Part shown: positions 38,561-53,428 of the stretch, one piece after another
Layout of the letters: the number at the start of each line of letters is the position of its first letter
Numbering within the stretch: position 1 is the first letter of the stretch
Assembly (NCBI GenBank): GCA_951406725.2
Contig: OX597826.1
Span: 81,840,001 to 81,904,000 of the forward strand
Origin: Octopus vulgaris
Lineage: Eukaryota
Length of the DNA stretch: 64,000 bases
Direction of reading: 5' to 3'
Notes under the pieces: generated by a model
The model's database searches: none
What the model was told of the DNA's origin: nothing
What the model saw: the letters and a program-made list of their open reading frames with translations, nothing else
Position numbers and translations under genes: made by a program

Positions 38561-39923
38561 AAATTAACTTTACTGTCACTTCTCTCATTCTCACTATTCT
38601 CAACGTCCAACTCAAGACCGCGAAATCTGCTCCCTCTACTCATTCTGATTAAGGACGATAGAAACAAAAATTACAGAGAAAAATTCGGTTCAGAACACTG
38701 TCACACTGAACTTGTGTGAAGATTAAAAACAGGGAGCACAATAAAGATTAAATTCAGCATAAGATGTAATTTCTTAGCTATTGTATGAAGGGATGAATCG
38801 ACCGGGTGTCATATTAAATAAATGATTTTTAAATCCCTTGGCGTTCACGTATAAAGCAATTAGCTACTCAAAGCTTATGTTAACAGGCTAGGGTACTTCA
38901 TACTCCATTCACAATGCTAAACATATCTACCTACCTACCTACCTACCTACCAACCTACCTACCTACTTGCCTGCCTCTCTGTCTACTCCTCTGTGTCTCT
39001 GTTTCTCCGTCTGTCTGTCTGTCTGTCTGCCTCGCTCTCTGCTCGAAACGTTAAATCCTCTTTCTTTCTTTCCTTCCCTGAGTGTCCAATAACACCATAC
39101 TTGTTCCACGTCCCCGCGTTGTTGTGTTTTCATGTTTGGATTAACTATATGTGTGTATGTGTGTGTGTGTGTGTGTTTGTGCGTGCGAGTGGACAAACAA
39201 AAGAACAGGGCACTCAACACATTTATTGAGAGATAGATGTATTATTCAAACCAGTTTGACCCGGATTCCCGGCTACTCGAAGCTCGTCCGCAGGCTGGCG
39301 GGAATCCGAATGAACGGAGAGGTTGAGGAAGTCTACAGGGAGTTGGGCTGCAATTGGTCAAGAAAGGTTTTGTGGTGTCACGTTGAGTAATATTGTTTAG
39401 TAAGGGACAGTGGTTACATGAGTGGAAAGAGTTTCTTTGGTCACGTGGTTGGACCGGAAATTCGTGGCGACAGTGTGTCCAAACATGGAATTAATGGCGC
39501 TTAAGTGAGCATATGAGCTTCTGTGCGCGCATGCACGCGTGAGTGAGTGTAATTGTGCCTGTGTAAGTAGGTTTGTGTGAGTGTGTGCGTGCGTATGTAT
39601 GCATATGTCTATGTGCGTGTATGCCTGCGTATGTATGTATTTGTCCGGATACACACACACACACACAAATATAGTGTGTGTATGTGCACTCGTGTGTATA
39701 TATATATATATACATTCGTGTGGATATAGATATATGAATATGCATGTTTGCATATATGTATCTCCGTATCTATCTATCCATCTATGTATATTAATGTATA
39801 AATAGATAAGCATATTATATACTCATATACGTATATACCCATATAATGTATATACATATATATATATATGTGTGTGTGTATAGATGTGTAATATATATAT
39901 ATATATGTGTGTGTATAGATGTG

Positions 39924-39964
<41 letters not shown>

Positions 39965-41244
39965 ACTTACTTGGAAAAGGATGCGTGGCGTTCGATCATA
40001 TAAGAATATATTATATAAGAATATATTACATATATATATATGAAGAGTTAATTATCTTCCATAGAGATCAGGCGCCGGTATATATAGTAATCTGACAGCA
40101 AATCACGTCCACCGTTTCAGTCGTTATTCATGAAACCAGATTAAGCAGAAAAGTTATGAATGATAAAAAAAAAGTAGCTAAAACTTTCGCTTCATTAGCA
40201 ACTTGTATTCACAAAGCACTTAATGAATTTCTCTAATGACGAATAACATAACCACAATCTTCTCATTTAGATTATTCGTCTATAATGTACAGAATAAAAA
40301 AAGACGATTGTGAATAACTGGAGTACATTCGGATAAAGTCTACTGAATGAATAAATATCATAGACTCTACATGGCAACTGAGCTGCAATATATGCTTTGA
40401 GATTCATCGACTGATACAAAATAGAAAGTTGACCCAAGGTCAGCCTTCATCCATTGATCCAGTAAACGTATAATGCCATGCAGACTATTGTTACCACATA
40501 AACATTACTCACAAATGGAATATCAGCACTATACGAACCAATATTGTTTTGGGCTCTAAGCTGCAACGATGGGATTTTAATGTGAATCAGCTGTTTTTGT
40601 CAATAAGCTATCCGCCTGCTCGTATATCGGGAGGCCCGTTATCCTTTCCTTGATGGATGGTTGACCCTGGAAGCAGGAAAGCACACCTTTGCATATGTTT
40701 TCTTGCATAAATAGAAAGAAGATTTAGCGACTCTTCGAAAGGAACATTGATTGAGTCGATCTCATCGGTGTCGGGCGAAGAAGACTGAGTAATGCCCCAT
40801 CCTCACGACGAAGATAAAAAAACAAAATGTATATGCGATATCTTGCACTTACACATACATACACACACACACACGTGTGTGTGTGTGTGTGTGCACGGCT
40901 GAGTGGACAAACAGAAGTCTTTACGATTGTTATATATACCACCACAACAACGGTCACTACTACTACGACCAACAGTCACTGCTGCTACTGCTATTTCAGC
41001 CTCTGGTCATTTCCTCAACTTTAGTCAGCATACAAGACAGCTATTATGCTGTCCCCAACAAAAAACCACCACATGGATTCTGTTGAGACTAGTAAGAAAC
41101 AATTAGGAACTTTTTTATTACACTTTTAAAAATATTTTTGATAAGGTTCGTTTTTTCAAGAACCGAAACGTAAAATTTCTAAGAAAATAAAAAATTATCT
41201 TATATAGTGGCGTTTTCAAACTTCTTTTTTTTATAAATAAATAA

Positions 41245-41302
<58 letters not shown>

Positions 41303-42081
41303 ATATATATATATATATGTATGTAGATGTCTTCTAAGCGACAGTAAGTTACACAAGAATCGAGAATTTCTTTCTTCTGCAGCGGAAAGCACAATTAAAA
41401 AAATTAATAATGGTTAGCCACAGGAAATTTCACACAACACTTGAGTCAGAAATCTACAGTAAATCCAAAACCACAACAGACAAGCGAAGACATTCACAAA
41501 ACATTTGAGCAAGGGAGTCGGATTCAATCGAAATCACTTTTGTTGCGAATCGAACTTTTGAAGCAGGCGTCGTCATGTATATAATATTTAGATATCATTA
41601 AAGTTCAATACACATATGAATAGCATTAGAGATTTTACTTCGTGCTTTACTGCTCCAAGAAGTGAAATTAAATAATCGTTTTATTTTACTTCTTGAGACA
41701 TCTTATATCAAGTAAGGACTGCAAATATATTGAGTAATAGAAAAACCACTTTTCCCCACTATAAATTAATCTCTCTCTCTCTTCCTTCTCTCTCTTCCTT
41801 CTCTCTCTCTCTCTTTACCATACACATAATAATGCCATGACGTTGACGTAGATTTCATAAACATGGAAATATGAAGTGCATTTCTATGTAGACTGAAACT
41901 GGTCATTTGAGGTCCAAATGTGAGCAATGTAAATAGTCAGACCACTCTCCAAGTCTTTCCCATAACCAGGGAATTGATTTTCTTTATCGGTTTCGATATT
42001 CACATGCAATCGCTATTTAAAAGACAAATGTTTCTCAGGTTTTCACAACATATATATTTATATAAGCGCATGTGTGTGTGC

Positions 42082-42121
<40 letters not shown>

Positions 42122-42211
42122 ATATAATATATGTGTATATATATGTATATATATATGTGGACGTATGCGTGCGGGCATCTTTATATATTTACTTATATAC
42201 GCACACGTACA

Positions 42212-42243
<32 letters not shown>

Positions 42244-43264
42244 CTGTCATACACATACATGGATATACATAAGAACTGAATAAATTTTATTTCATCGATA
42301 CGAATTCCCAGTATTGATGTACAAGAAATTCACTTAACTTTGGAATAAATGCTACCATTTTACATTCGTGGGTCAAAATGGCAAAAGTGACGTGTGTTTT
42401 CAAAGTGGCACGTTTCATTCTGACCGAACACAAATATAATCCAGTCTTAGTAGAATATTTCTTACGATCAATGTGGTTCGGGGCTGGTGTTGTGGATTAT
42501 ATTCATTTAGTTTGTAAAATATTTTATGGCTCAAAGAAACGGAGCAAAAATCCATTTTAGAAGGAAAGAAATTAAACAAGAAACATATTGTTTTTTTTTT
42601 CAAAGGAATTGCCCAAAAAGACGAATTCAATATCCATCTAATTTTCAGATAATTTTATAAAGTGGGATGGTTGGTTCGGTTCATTTAGGCCTCGTTTAAC
42701 CCCATTATCTGAATCTTGGACGCCTTAGAAAGGTAATTTATTCTGTCGCAGACATTCGAATCAATTATGTTTCCATTCTGAAGTGGAAGACATGGATAAA
42801 GATTTCTAGATTTCCTTCACCAGATCTGTCGAATATCATAAAAAGGATCGAGTCTAGAGTTAATTCAAAAAAAAATTAAACCATGAAAATACCAAAATAT
42901 GTAAAAATTAACGCAAAGAATTAAAGAGTTGGCCACGAAGGAAATAGCAACGAAGACCGTACAGGTACCTAATATTTTCACAAAATTCTTAGCCAATATA
43001 TTATTCATTTCATATGAAAACAACGATACTTATTCCAATGCAAATATATAAATTTTCCGATGTTAAAGCTTCAAGTGGATCCTCAAATTTAATGTAACAC
43101 TTGCAGGGCTGAACAAAGGAAGTTGCACGAAAATATAAACGAATGAAGAAGAAACTCACTAAAAATATAAATATATTTAGGAAGCGCACAATTAATCGGT
43201 AGATGTCTTCCTATGTATATTTCAGTGTGTGTATGTGTGTCTGTCTGTGTGTAAGGATACGTGG

Positions 43265-43460
43265 ATGCGTGTGGTTGCTAGAACAGCTTGGATGCGTGTT
43301 TACGAATCTTGACTTGTAGCCGCGTGGTTTCGGTTTGAACCCTATTCCACAGCCTTCATGTGCAAGGGTCTTCTACTTTGGCGCCACACCGGTTAACAGC
43401 ATGTGTCAAACAATTTTGTAGACGAAAACTTTGCAAGATCGTGTGGAGGCACTTCATGTA
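43265..43460 (+). mobile_element. Old SINE family A copy; similar relics at ~10937-11030, 45380-45575 (-) and 55300-55410
   Basis: gtcttctact, ttgtagacgaaaact and the head remnant align by eye to 46244-46666. Confidence 0.55.
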
Positions 43461-43698
43461 TATATATACACATACATACGTGTGTATATATGTATATATA
43501 GAGAGAGACACAGGCAGATAGTGAGAGAGAGAAAAAGAGAGATATTCCTTATATGCGTCAGAAGTAGTATTTGTTTGAAATAGCAAAACTGTGTATTATT
43601 CTTAAAGCAGATACCTCATTGAAAGCCAAATAAACTGATATTCGTAGAATAATAGAATCTTTAGCCGGCGGATTGAATAAACTTGGGACGTACATAAC

Positions 43699-43749
<51 letters not shown>

Positions 43750-46243
43750 TGCGTTTGTGCGTGCGTGTATTTTATTCTGTTTTTGTTTAACCATGTCCAA
43801 CTTAATAAAATTTTCTATTAGAGTGCTTCACAGCTGGAGGGCTAAGCATTTATCGTTTAGCTGTCCAGCAATGTCTGGGCAAGGCAACAAGGGGAAAAAT
43901 AACCGAAAATGAAGCTCCAGATGGATTATTCCACTTTCAAACGCAGTTATCTAAATATAGAATAGATAAATGTCACTATATAAAATATTAATTTCTAAAA
44001 TTGGTCTAAGCCATTAACATTATTAAAAAGATTTCAGCCAAATAATGAGTGACGCGTATTTTATGGAGCTGGAGGGAATAAACGGTAAAATCAACACTGA
44101 GACTATGATTTGATCTTGTAAGGTAAGGATATATTATTAAAAGCTGCAATATCACCAGTCACGAAAAACGATATACCGCAAATGGTTCAGCGGTCACATA
44201 GAATTATGCATGTGAGGAAGATCATATGCCAGCGAAAGGTTTACGCATTACGAAAAGTAAAGGAGAGCAGGCAGAACTTGGTGGTCGCTAGACTTTGCAG
44301 CGACAACATCTACGTCTCTTTCAAATCACACACTGTCGTCGAAAATGTGAGAGAACACATTGGAAATTGTCATCCATAAAACAAGAGACGCAATAGCCAT
44401 TATTTGAGCGATTTTGATCCTAAACTCTTCTTGAGTCTCACATGTTTATGCAAAAAGAAAACGCGTAAAGAAATTTCTACACAAAGAAATAGCTTACACA
44501 TGTAAGAGAAGCATCGTACACCAAACCAGAATCAAATCTAGCAAAAGTTTCAACCCTAACAGATTCCAACTCTACAGAAGTCTCAATCTTGCTGGAGACG
44601 TGTTAACACTCCGGTGAAGGCTCACAGACAAGATTCTTACATAGAACAGTGAATTTACTCTTCTCTCAGACAAAAGGGGTGGGTGGGTGTATGAGTAATC
44701 AACGCAGACAAGCATTACTAATCAATATACATGCTCTCCTTCAGTCATTATTCATTAATGTCTCTGTTAGTGTTGTTAATTTGATTATTAATATTCCAAC
44801 TCTAACATAACAACATCGCTATATTTCAGTTTACCTGCGAGATGCCTATAATGTTTCCTCAGAAGTATATTCTATCGATTCCAAATGTTCCTCAGCCATT
44901 CTGTCCGTGCATAATCTATAAATTCTAGAAACTCGTTATTCGTATGAGATAATGTCAGCAATGCATAATGTACAATGCGTAATAAGTATTTATGTGTCTG
45001 TGTCTATCTATGCCGCATATGTAAACCACGCCCAGGCAAACATACGTACATACATACCTATAGACACATAGAGACAAGCAATGGATCTTGTTCATAGACC
45101 GAGGTCGGCCAAACAATATGCAAACTTCTTGACACTAATTAGAAGACTGAATTACATAGCATAATTAAAATGGTAATGTGTTCATATGGATATATCAAGA
45201 TGAAAAACTGTATCACCTTCTCTAAAACAAAACCCACATCGTCAATAAAGGCATCCATTGCTGCAGGAGGAAATACAATTCTGTGTTAGTTCAGACGCCT
45301 GAGCTGTTAGTTTCAGAAATTGAAACTAACTTTTTTACATTCAAAAGCACGTGTATACACCAGTGTGTGTGTGTGTGTGGGGTGTATTGCACTGCACGCT
45401 AGCACTTGTTGTCATATGGGAAGAGACAAAGACATCGAGGCATGCATATCGACATGTACAAAATTTATACAAAAGACCCAGGATAACAGAAGAAGACATA
45501 CGACCAAGGTGACGTGGAATGGAACTGAGCTCCAAACCATGTGTTTGCGAAGCGAATTTTTTAACCATACCGCACCTAATATACCCGCGCACACACAGGT
45601 ATACACATGCATGTATACATACATAATACACACATACACACATACACATATGTATATACACATATACAGATAGATACATACAATTATATATATATATATA
45701 TATACAATAAGTCCCCAAATTCTTACTTTCCCCACTATACCAATGCTCGGACAACACCACAGACCAAACACGAATAAATAGGGAAAATAATCTTATTCAA
45801 AAATACAGACCATAACTAAACATACTCTAACATACCACCCAGGTACGCATCCAAAACAAACACACACACACAAACAGTGCCAACCTCCGACGCAAATACA
45901 CATGCACAAACACAATATCCTCACACTAGAGCACAAACCCACACACATCCCAAGATAAAACACATACATATATACACCTGCAATAAGATTTTTAGCAACC
46001 ATAACCAACACTTTCACACACACATATACACATGTGAACAAGGACATGCACACACCTACACACACCACCCCGAAATTACAAATCACATTCACACAAACAC
46101 AAAAAACACGCAACTACAACACAACTCACACAAACACACACGCATTTATGCACACCTGTACACACACACACACACACACACAATACGCCCGTATCCCATT
46201 AATAAAATCACAGACACACACATTCAAAAGAAAAAAACACATA

Positions 46244-46408
46244 GGTGCAGGAGTGGCTGTGTGGTAAGTAGCTTGCTAACCAACCACATGGTTCCGGGTT
46301 CAGTCCCACTGCGTGGCATCTTGGGCAAGAGTCTTCTGCTATAGCCCCGGGCCGACCAATGCCTTGTGAGTGGATTTGGTAGACGGAAACTGAAAGAAGC
46401 CTGTCGTA

Positions 46409-46479
<71 letters not shown>

Positions 46480-46666
46480 TTGTCCCCCTAGCATTGCTTC
46501 ACAACCGATGCTGGTGTGTTTACGTCCCCGTCACTTAGCGGTTCAGCAAAAGAGACCGATGGAATAAGTACTGGGCTTAAAAAGAATAGGTCCCGGGGTC
46601 GATTTGCTCGACTAAAGGCGGTGCTCCAGCATGGCCGCAGTCAAATGACTGAAACAAGTAAAAGAG
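46244..46666 (+). mobile_element. Full-length young SINE family A with an internal (TA)n(TG)n tract
   Basis: A box tggctgtgtgg, B box ggttcagtcc, 3' end ggtgctccagcatggccgcagtcaaatgactgaaacaagtaaaaga. Confidence 0.9.
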
Positions 46667-47079
46667 ATATACTCACATTACAATCACAACAACCACAACA
46701 ATCACACACACGGTTGATCACACACACACACCACAAGGACAATTAAAACAAGCATTCACAAACAAACATACACTCATATACATACACATAACACCCCCAC
46801 CAACACAAAAAACACACAAACATACAGACGCACACATACACACACGCGAACAAACACATAAACACACACATGCGCACACACAACACTATAACAAATACCA
46901 ATCACATACATAACTACACACACAACACCAAGACAATCATAACAACACAAACATACTAAGACAGAGATACACACACACACAAACGTGCACACATATACAC
47001 ACACCATCCTACCAAATAGTAAACACACATAGACACATTTACATGGGACCAATAAAAAACGGCCTACATACACAAACAC

Positions 47080-47132
<53 letters not shown>

Positions 47133-48146
47133 CACACACACTCACACCATTCTGACCTCTAAAGATCGATCCCCAAAACCACTGAACCTTGAAAGAGGAA
47201 CAAAAACTTCTTTTCAATTCCACATTGCTCTTCCTTCGCCCCACCAAAACACACCTCCTACACTGTCCCTTGAAATAGAAAACAGTCTTTTATGATAAAA
47301 TGTATAAATACACTTTTATCCCACATCTCTCTTGCGTTTACAAGGATTTAGGCAGCGGAAATACTTAAGAGTGAATCTAGTGCCACCTAGTGATTGTAAT
47401 TTTAAAAGCCCATAACTCCGAAACAGCTTCAACTAGAAAGCTAAAATTTCAGATACGCTATTTTTGCATTGCATTGCGTCAGCACACCAAGTTTGGTAAA
47501 ATCTTGAGCAGGCGTTATAAAACCCTAAATGGTAATCGAAGACTAATGCGGATCTCTAGCTCCAGCCTCAGTCGTGAACTCTGGACCTAACGGTTGACCA
47601 ATTATAGTTCTTACTCAGCATGGCTATTCATTTAGATCACCAGTGAACTAAACCACTTTATATAAATACATATACATACATGTGTGTGTGTATATATATA
47701 TATATACATATATACATACATTGATATATATATATACATATATACATACACTGATATATATATACATATATACATACACTGATATATATACATATATACA
47801 TACATATATATACATACATGTATTACTTTTATATTTATATTCGTGTATCATCGTCCGTTTTTGCGTCCTTGTTTCACATATAATCTAATGCTCTTAGCTT
47901 ATTTTTTCCTTTGGGCTGGCCAGATTGGACCAATCTCAAGATTAATCAGCCGAAATTGCGAGGATGATCCGGTTCTTGACTGAAGATTAAAGGCTTCGGA
48001 TGACCCGTCCGTGTTTTTTGTATCGTCTATCTGGACGTTTTGCGTTCTTGTCCCATTTTGTATTTTATATATATATATATATACATGCATACACAAACAT
48101 ACATACATATACACACATATATACATACATATACATATATATATGT

Positions 48147-48192
<46 letters not shown>

Positions 48193-48481
48193 GTATATGT
48201 ATGTATGAATGTATATATATATTTGTTTAGAAAGTGAAATGTTATGGCTGGTCTTAGAGTGACCATTGGTTTCGCACCTATGAAGTGCTTATTAGTATAG
48301 GCGAATCGACAAACTCAAATGGTTGCAGGCACATTACCTCTCTACAACTGGGGGAAGAAATATATAACCAAATGATCGCTACGTTAAACAAATATATTAC
48401 TTCTCTAATGCTTTACAGTGTGTTTCTTTTGCCGATATATGAACCTACTGACGATTTATATAAATATATGTGTGTGTATGC

Positions 48482-48518
<37 letters not shown>

Positions 48519-48812
48519 TTAGAAGAAATAAGATACACAGAAATCTGTATGGTTTTACATTTACAGATTTTTATTAACATGTCACATGTTTTTATAAATC
48601 ATAGCGCTTGCATCTACTCTAGTAGAATCTCTAATGTAAAGCCATCTAGATTTCTGAGTATCTTATTTCTTCTAATATATAATACCTGTACATCACCTCC
48701 AAACCTTCATATATATATATAATTATTACCGTTGAAGATTTTTATTCCCATGCTGGCCACTTGATAAGATCGATATTTAATTTAAATTAACGATCTTATC
48801 CTTATTTATATA

Positions 48813-48913
<101 letters not shown>

Positions 48914-49649
48914 TGTGAGAGTATGCATGTAAATGCGCAGTAAATTATAAAAATGTGTTTAAATTATTTCTTTTCATCCAACTTACTTTCTTCCTTTTAC
49001 AATAGAAATTATTGCTAATGTAACCTGGTCTCCATGTCATTGATAATTACTTATCTCTATAAACTAATATTAAATGAGTCGCCTTTACTCAAACTTAAAC
49101 GGCCACCATTTTAAGCTCGTTGTTGTCTCATTGAATTCTGTCAATTGCTATGGTGAACAATTAGCTTCACAATTGTTTTGATCCTATTAAAAGCAGCGAA
49201 AGAGATTAGCACAGTTTAATTTCGTATTAAAAGACTCGCAGCAAAAATAAATGCCTTGAAGTCTTTAACAGTGTAAAATCAAATGTTGACTAATGAGACT
49301 ATTTGTTTTGAGGTAGCTGCATTAAAGGCCAGCCAGTGGAAATACTTGTTACAGATGGATGTCGAAAAACATTACATTTGAATAAGGCATAATTCCGATT
49401 CTACCGAAATTATATGGTCGAATTTGCAGAGAGATTTTCACTAATCAACCAAAGACAATCAACGATGATAACTTGGTTATATAGTCTATAGAATATAATA
49501 CTGTAGTCTAACGATCGCAAATAATGGCCTCCACAATCATGTCTCAAACCTTCATAGGAACGTAGACACACGCTTCATATTTTAGGCAAATTATGTCTTT
49601 CAAAACCTCTGTGAAGTCCCAATGAAAACCATAAACTGCTCAAACACAA

Positions 49650-49812
49650 CACATGTTTTTCTCTCCTTATTTTTTCTGTGTCCCTTTCTGTAGAAGAGCG
49701 TAGGCTCGAAACGTAAAAGACTTTTTTCTATTCCTGAGCGTTATACTAATACATCTGTTTGTTTTGTACACCACCTGTCTTTGTCTTTTGTTTTTTTCGT
49801 AAACTCTCCCTG
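49650..49812 (+). repeat. Mini-element with hammerhead-like fold (copy 2), motif at 49684-49719
   Basis: CTTT-CTGTAGA-A-GAGC-GTAG-GCTC-GAAA-CG-TA-AAAG, followed by atactaatacatctgtttg..acaccacctg as in copy 1. Confidence 0.75.
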
Positions 49813-49964
49813 TATGTGTGTATATATATATATGATTGCTATGGTTAGTCAGAGACCATTGGTTTCGCATCTATAAAGCGCTTTCTACAAGTGGAGGCAT
49901 GATACGGTTAGTGAGTTTTCCACACAAAAATTATCTGGAATGGACAAAGTAGTTTTAAAGGGAA

Positions 49965-50248
49965 TAAAATCAAAAAAGTAAACATGTATTGATTATGAGA
50001 AAGCCTATGACATGATTCCTCACACATGAATGAGGGAATTCTTGAGAATATTCAGTATTGTAGACAACATGAGAGAATTGATTAGCTTTAGTATAAAGAA
50101 ATGGACAAAAGATGTCTACTCAGATGATACAGCCTTAGAAAAATTTAAGAACAAGAAAAACATTTCCAGGAAAACTCATTAACCCTTTAATAGTTGAGCT
50201 ATGTTTAATCCTTCTCGATTTGCAATTAAGAAAGGTGAAATCAGGGTA
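49965..50248 (+). mobile_element. Old Dong/R4 RT fragment
   Basis: IDYEKAYDMIPHT*MREFLRIFSIVDNMRELISFSIKKW, then a degenerate IFQ(GD)SL.PL region. Confidence 0.7.
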
Positions 50249-50280
50249 CCCTGACTTCACCTTTCTTAATTGCAAATCGA

Positions 50281-50554
50281 TACCAAGAAACCCTAAAATG
50301 GCAGAAATTCAAAAGATAGTGCTCATGAGAACAGCCCATATCCTACGTAAAATACTGTCTATGTAATCTTAAATTTTAAAACAAACACAAAATTATCTTA
50401 TGTTCTCTTGAACATTCTCTAGAATAATACTCTGTCCAAAACCAAATATATGACACCCTAGGCATAACACCAACATGAACTTCCAACTTGTCTCTTGAGG
50501 TCTCTGGGTGAGACTTGGAGATAACTTCTTCAAATACAAAGCAAAAGCCAAACA

Positions 50555-50603
<49 letters not shown>
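50281..50603 (+). mobile_element. 5'-truncated Dong/R4 3' end plus (TAA)n
   Basis: NPKMAEIQKIVLMRTAHILRKILSM*, 3' UTR and a long (TAA)n. Confidence 0.8.
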
Positions 50604-50606
<3 letters not shown>

Positions 50607-50968
50607 GAGGTAACTAGAAATAGAGGTAACTAGAAATAGAGGTAACTAGAATGTGGAATCTGAAAACAGAAACAATTCCTATCATAGTAGGTGCATTAGG
50701 CAAGATAAAAAAAAAATTCAGACAAATACATAACAAAAACACCAGGACTTACAAACATATATAACATACAGAAAATTGCACTACTAGGCACTGCACACAT
50801 CCTACGCAGAACACTTTCCATACTATAACCATCAGAGCATCACAACAAATCACAGCACATACCCAAGGCACACAGAGCTGCGCTCGGTAGTGAAGTGAAA
50901 GCACGCTATAAAAATAAAACTACTGAATAATAATAATAATAATAATAATGATAATAATAATAATAATA
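50604..50968 (+). mobile_element. 5'-truncated Dong/R4 copy, same family as 50990-53430
   Basis: Near-identical to 53107-53400 (ETIPIIVGALG..QKIALLGTAHILRRTLSI and the 3' UTR), followed by (TAA)n. Confidence 0.92.
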
Positions 50969-50989
50969 ACAGAAATAATAACAACCAAA

Positions 50990-53393
50990 GAAAAGGACTA
51001 TTAAAACAACAAACTTAGGGCCTGAGCAACTCTGGACCCCCATAACAACTAAAGGGTCCCCCAGGCACTGCAAAGACTAAGCAACTGGAAGGTCCCTGGG
51101 CACGATAAGATTCCCAACTTCTGGTTGAAATATGTGACAGGAATGCACAAAAAGCTGGCTGAAAGCTTTAACGACATACTGGCAGAGCCAGAGACAATGC
51201 CTGAATGGCTCACGAAGGGGAAAAAACCATCTTAATTCCCAAATCCAATGAAACGGCAAAACCACAAAACTACAGACCTATAACCTGTCTTCCTACAATG
51301 TACAAAGCTCTTACTGCAAAGATTGAACAAGCACCTGGACGAAGACAAACTGTTTCCAGAAGAGCAGAAAGGATGCTGCAAGGGCTCATATGGCTGTAAA
51401 GATCAACTAATGATCAATAAAGCCGTAACTGAAGACAGCCACAGAAAGAAGAAAGGCCTCAGTATGGCCTGGATCGACTACCGAAAGGCGTTTGATAGCA
51501 TTCCCCACACGTGGATCCTCGAAACACTAGCCATTAGCAAGGTAGCACCAACAATTATAAAATACTTAAGACACTCTATGAAGACAATGCTACAGCTCCA
51601 AACAAAAGAGGGACTCGTAAAAGCCAAAGATATCCCTATTAGAAAAGGAATATTCCAGGGAGACACGCTCTCTCAACTCTTTTTCTGCTTGGCACTGACA
51701 CCTCTATCTGATATGCTAAACAGAACTGGATGCGGATACAAATGTTAAGGCAAAACGATCAGCCATCTTTTATATATGGATGAACTAAACCTATACGCTA
51801 CAAATGACAAACAGCTGGAAACACTACTACAGACAGTTCATGGATTTACCAAAGAAATAGATATGAAATTTGGATTAGAAAAAATGCGCCAAAGTAACCT
51901 GAAAAGAGGGAAACTAGTTAAGAGTAGCAACATCACACTAGATAAAGTCACTGAAATAAGAGAATTAGACCAAAGCCAAACTTACAAATATTTAGGAATC
52001 CATGAAGTAGATAAGATACAACACACACAAATGAAAGAGAAAATAAAGAAAGAATACTATAGACGAGTGAGATCAATACTAAAAACAGGGCTCAATGCTA
52101 AAAACAAGATAATAGGTATTAACACTTTAGCCTTCACAGTTATAAGTTACAGCTACAATATTCTTGACTTGACACTAAATGAACTAAGTAAAATAGATAG
52201 GAAAACAAGAAAAATAATGACAGGATCTAGGATGCATCACCCAAAATCTGACACAGAAAGGATATATATACAACGTATAGAAGGTGGCAGAGGCCTTATA
52301 CAGCTGGAAAACTATTATAAAATAACCACCATAGGACTGCAAAAATATCTACTTCAGAAGCAAAACACGAGCAAAACAAAAACTGTTCTCAGTATTTAAA
52401 GAAGCTGACAAATACAAACAAGAAATCATACCACCTAACAAATATGAAGAAGAAGAAGAAGAAGAAGAAAAGCTATAAAGCAAATGAAATCAAAACTAAA
52501 ACAAAAACAGCAACAGACCATGGTAAAACGATGGCAAGAAAAGCCCCTTCATGGTAAATACTGGGCTAAACTATATGCAAAAGAAATAGACAAAGAAAAA
52601 TCCCAGCAATGGTTGAGAAGGACAGGACTTAAAGCAGAGACGGAGTGATTTTTAATTGCAGCACAAGACCAAAGCCTCCCCACCAGAAATTACTAAAAAC
52701 ATGTAATGAAAAGAAATATAACAAGTAACTGCAGAATATGTGGAGATTGACAAGAAACAATAAATCATATTATCTCTGGCTGTCCAGTCGTGGCTAAGAA
52801 GGAATATATTCACAGACAGGACAGAGTTGGGACCTACATACACTGGAAGCTATGCCAACATTATGAAATAACAACAGAAAAAGGATGGTACAGGCACACA
52901 CCAGAAAAGGTCACAGAAAATGAGAAAGTAACCATACTCTGATATATGCCAATACACACAGATAGAGAAATTAAGGCCAACAGGCCAGATATAGTTGTCA
53001 GAGATCATGAAGAAAAAAAATGCTTTCTAATTGATGTATCAATACCAGCAGATGACAACGAGTCTCTAAAAGATATGAAGAAACTTTCAAAATACAAAGA
53101 CCTGGAAATAGAGGTAACTCGAATAGGAAATCTAAAAACAGAAACAATTCCTATCATAGTAGGTGCATTAGGCATGATAAAAAAATATTCAGACAAATAC
53201 ATAACAGAAACACCAGGACTTACAAACACATATAACATACAGAAAATTGCACTACTAGGCACTGCACACATCCTACGCAGAACACTTTCCATACAATAAC
53301 CATCAGAGCATCACAACAAATCACAACACATACCCAAGGCACACAGAGCTGCGCTCGGTAGTGAAGTGAAAGCACCCTATAAAAATAAAGTTA

Positions 53394-53428
<35 letters not shown>

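Noticed and set aside
41020-41090. Minus-strand PCGGFLLG resembling a CUB start
   Set aside because: A stop codon follows within two codons, and there is no SPxYP motif or donor site.
47895-48000. Microsatellite-flanked repeat containing CCGAAA and CTGAAGA
   Set aside because: The motifs are in the wrong order and I could not build a consistent hammerhead fold.
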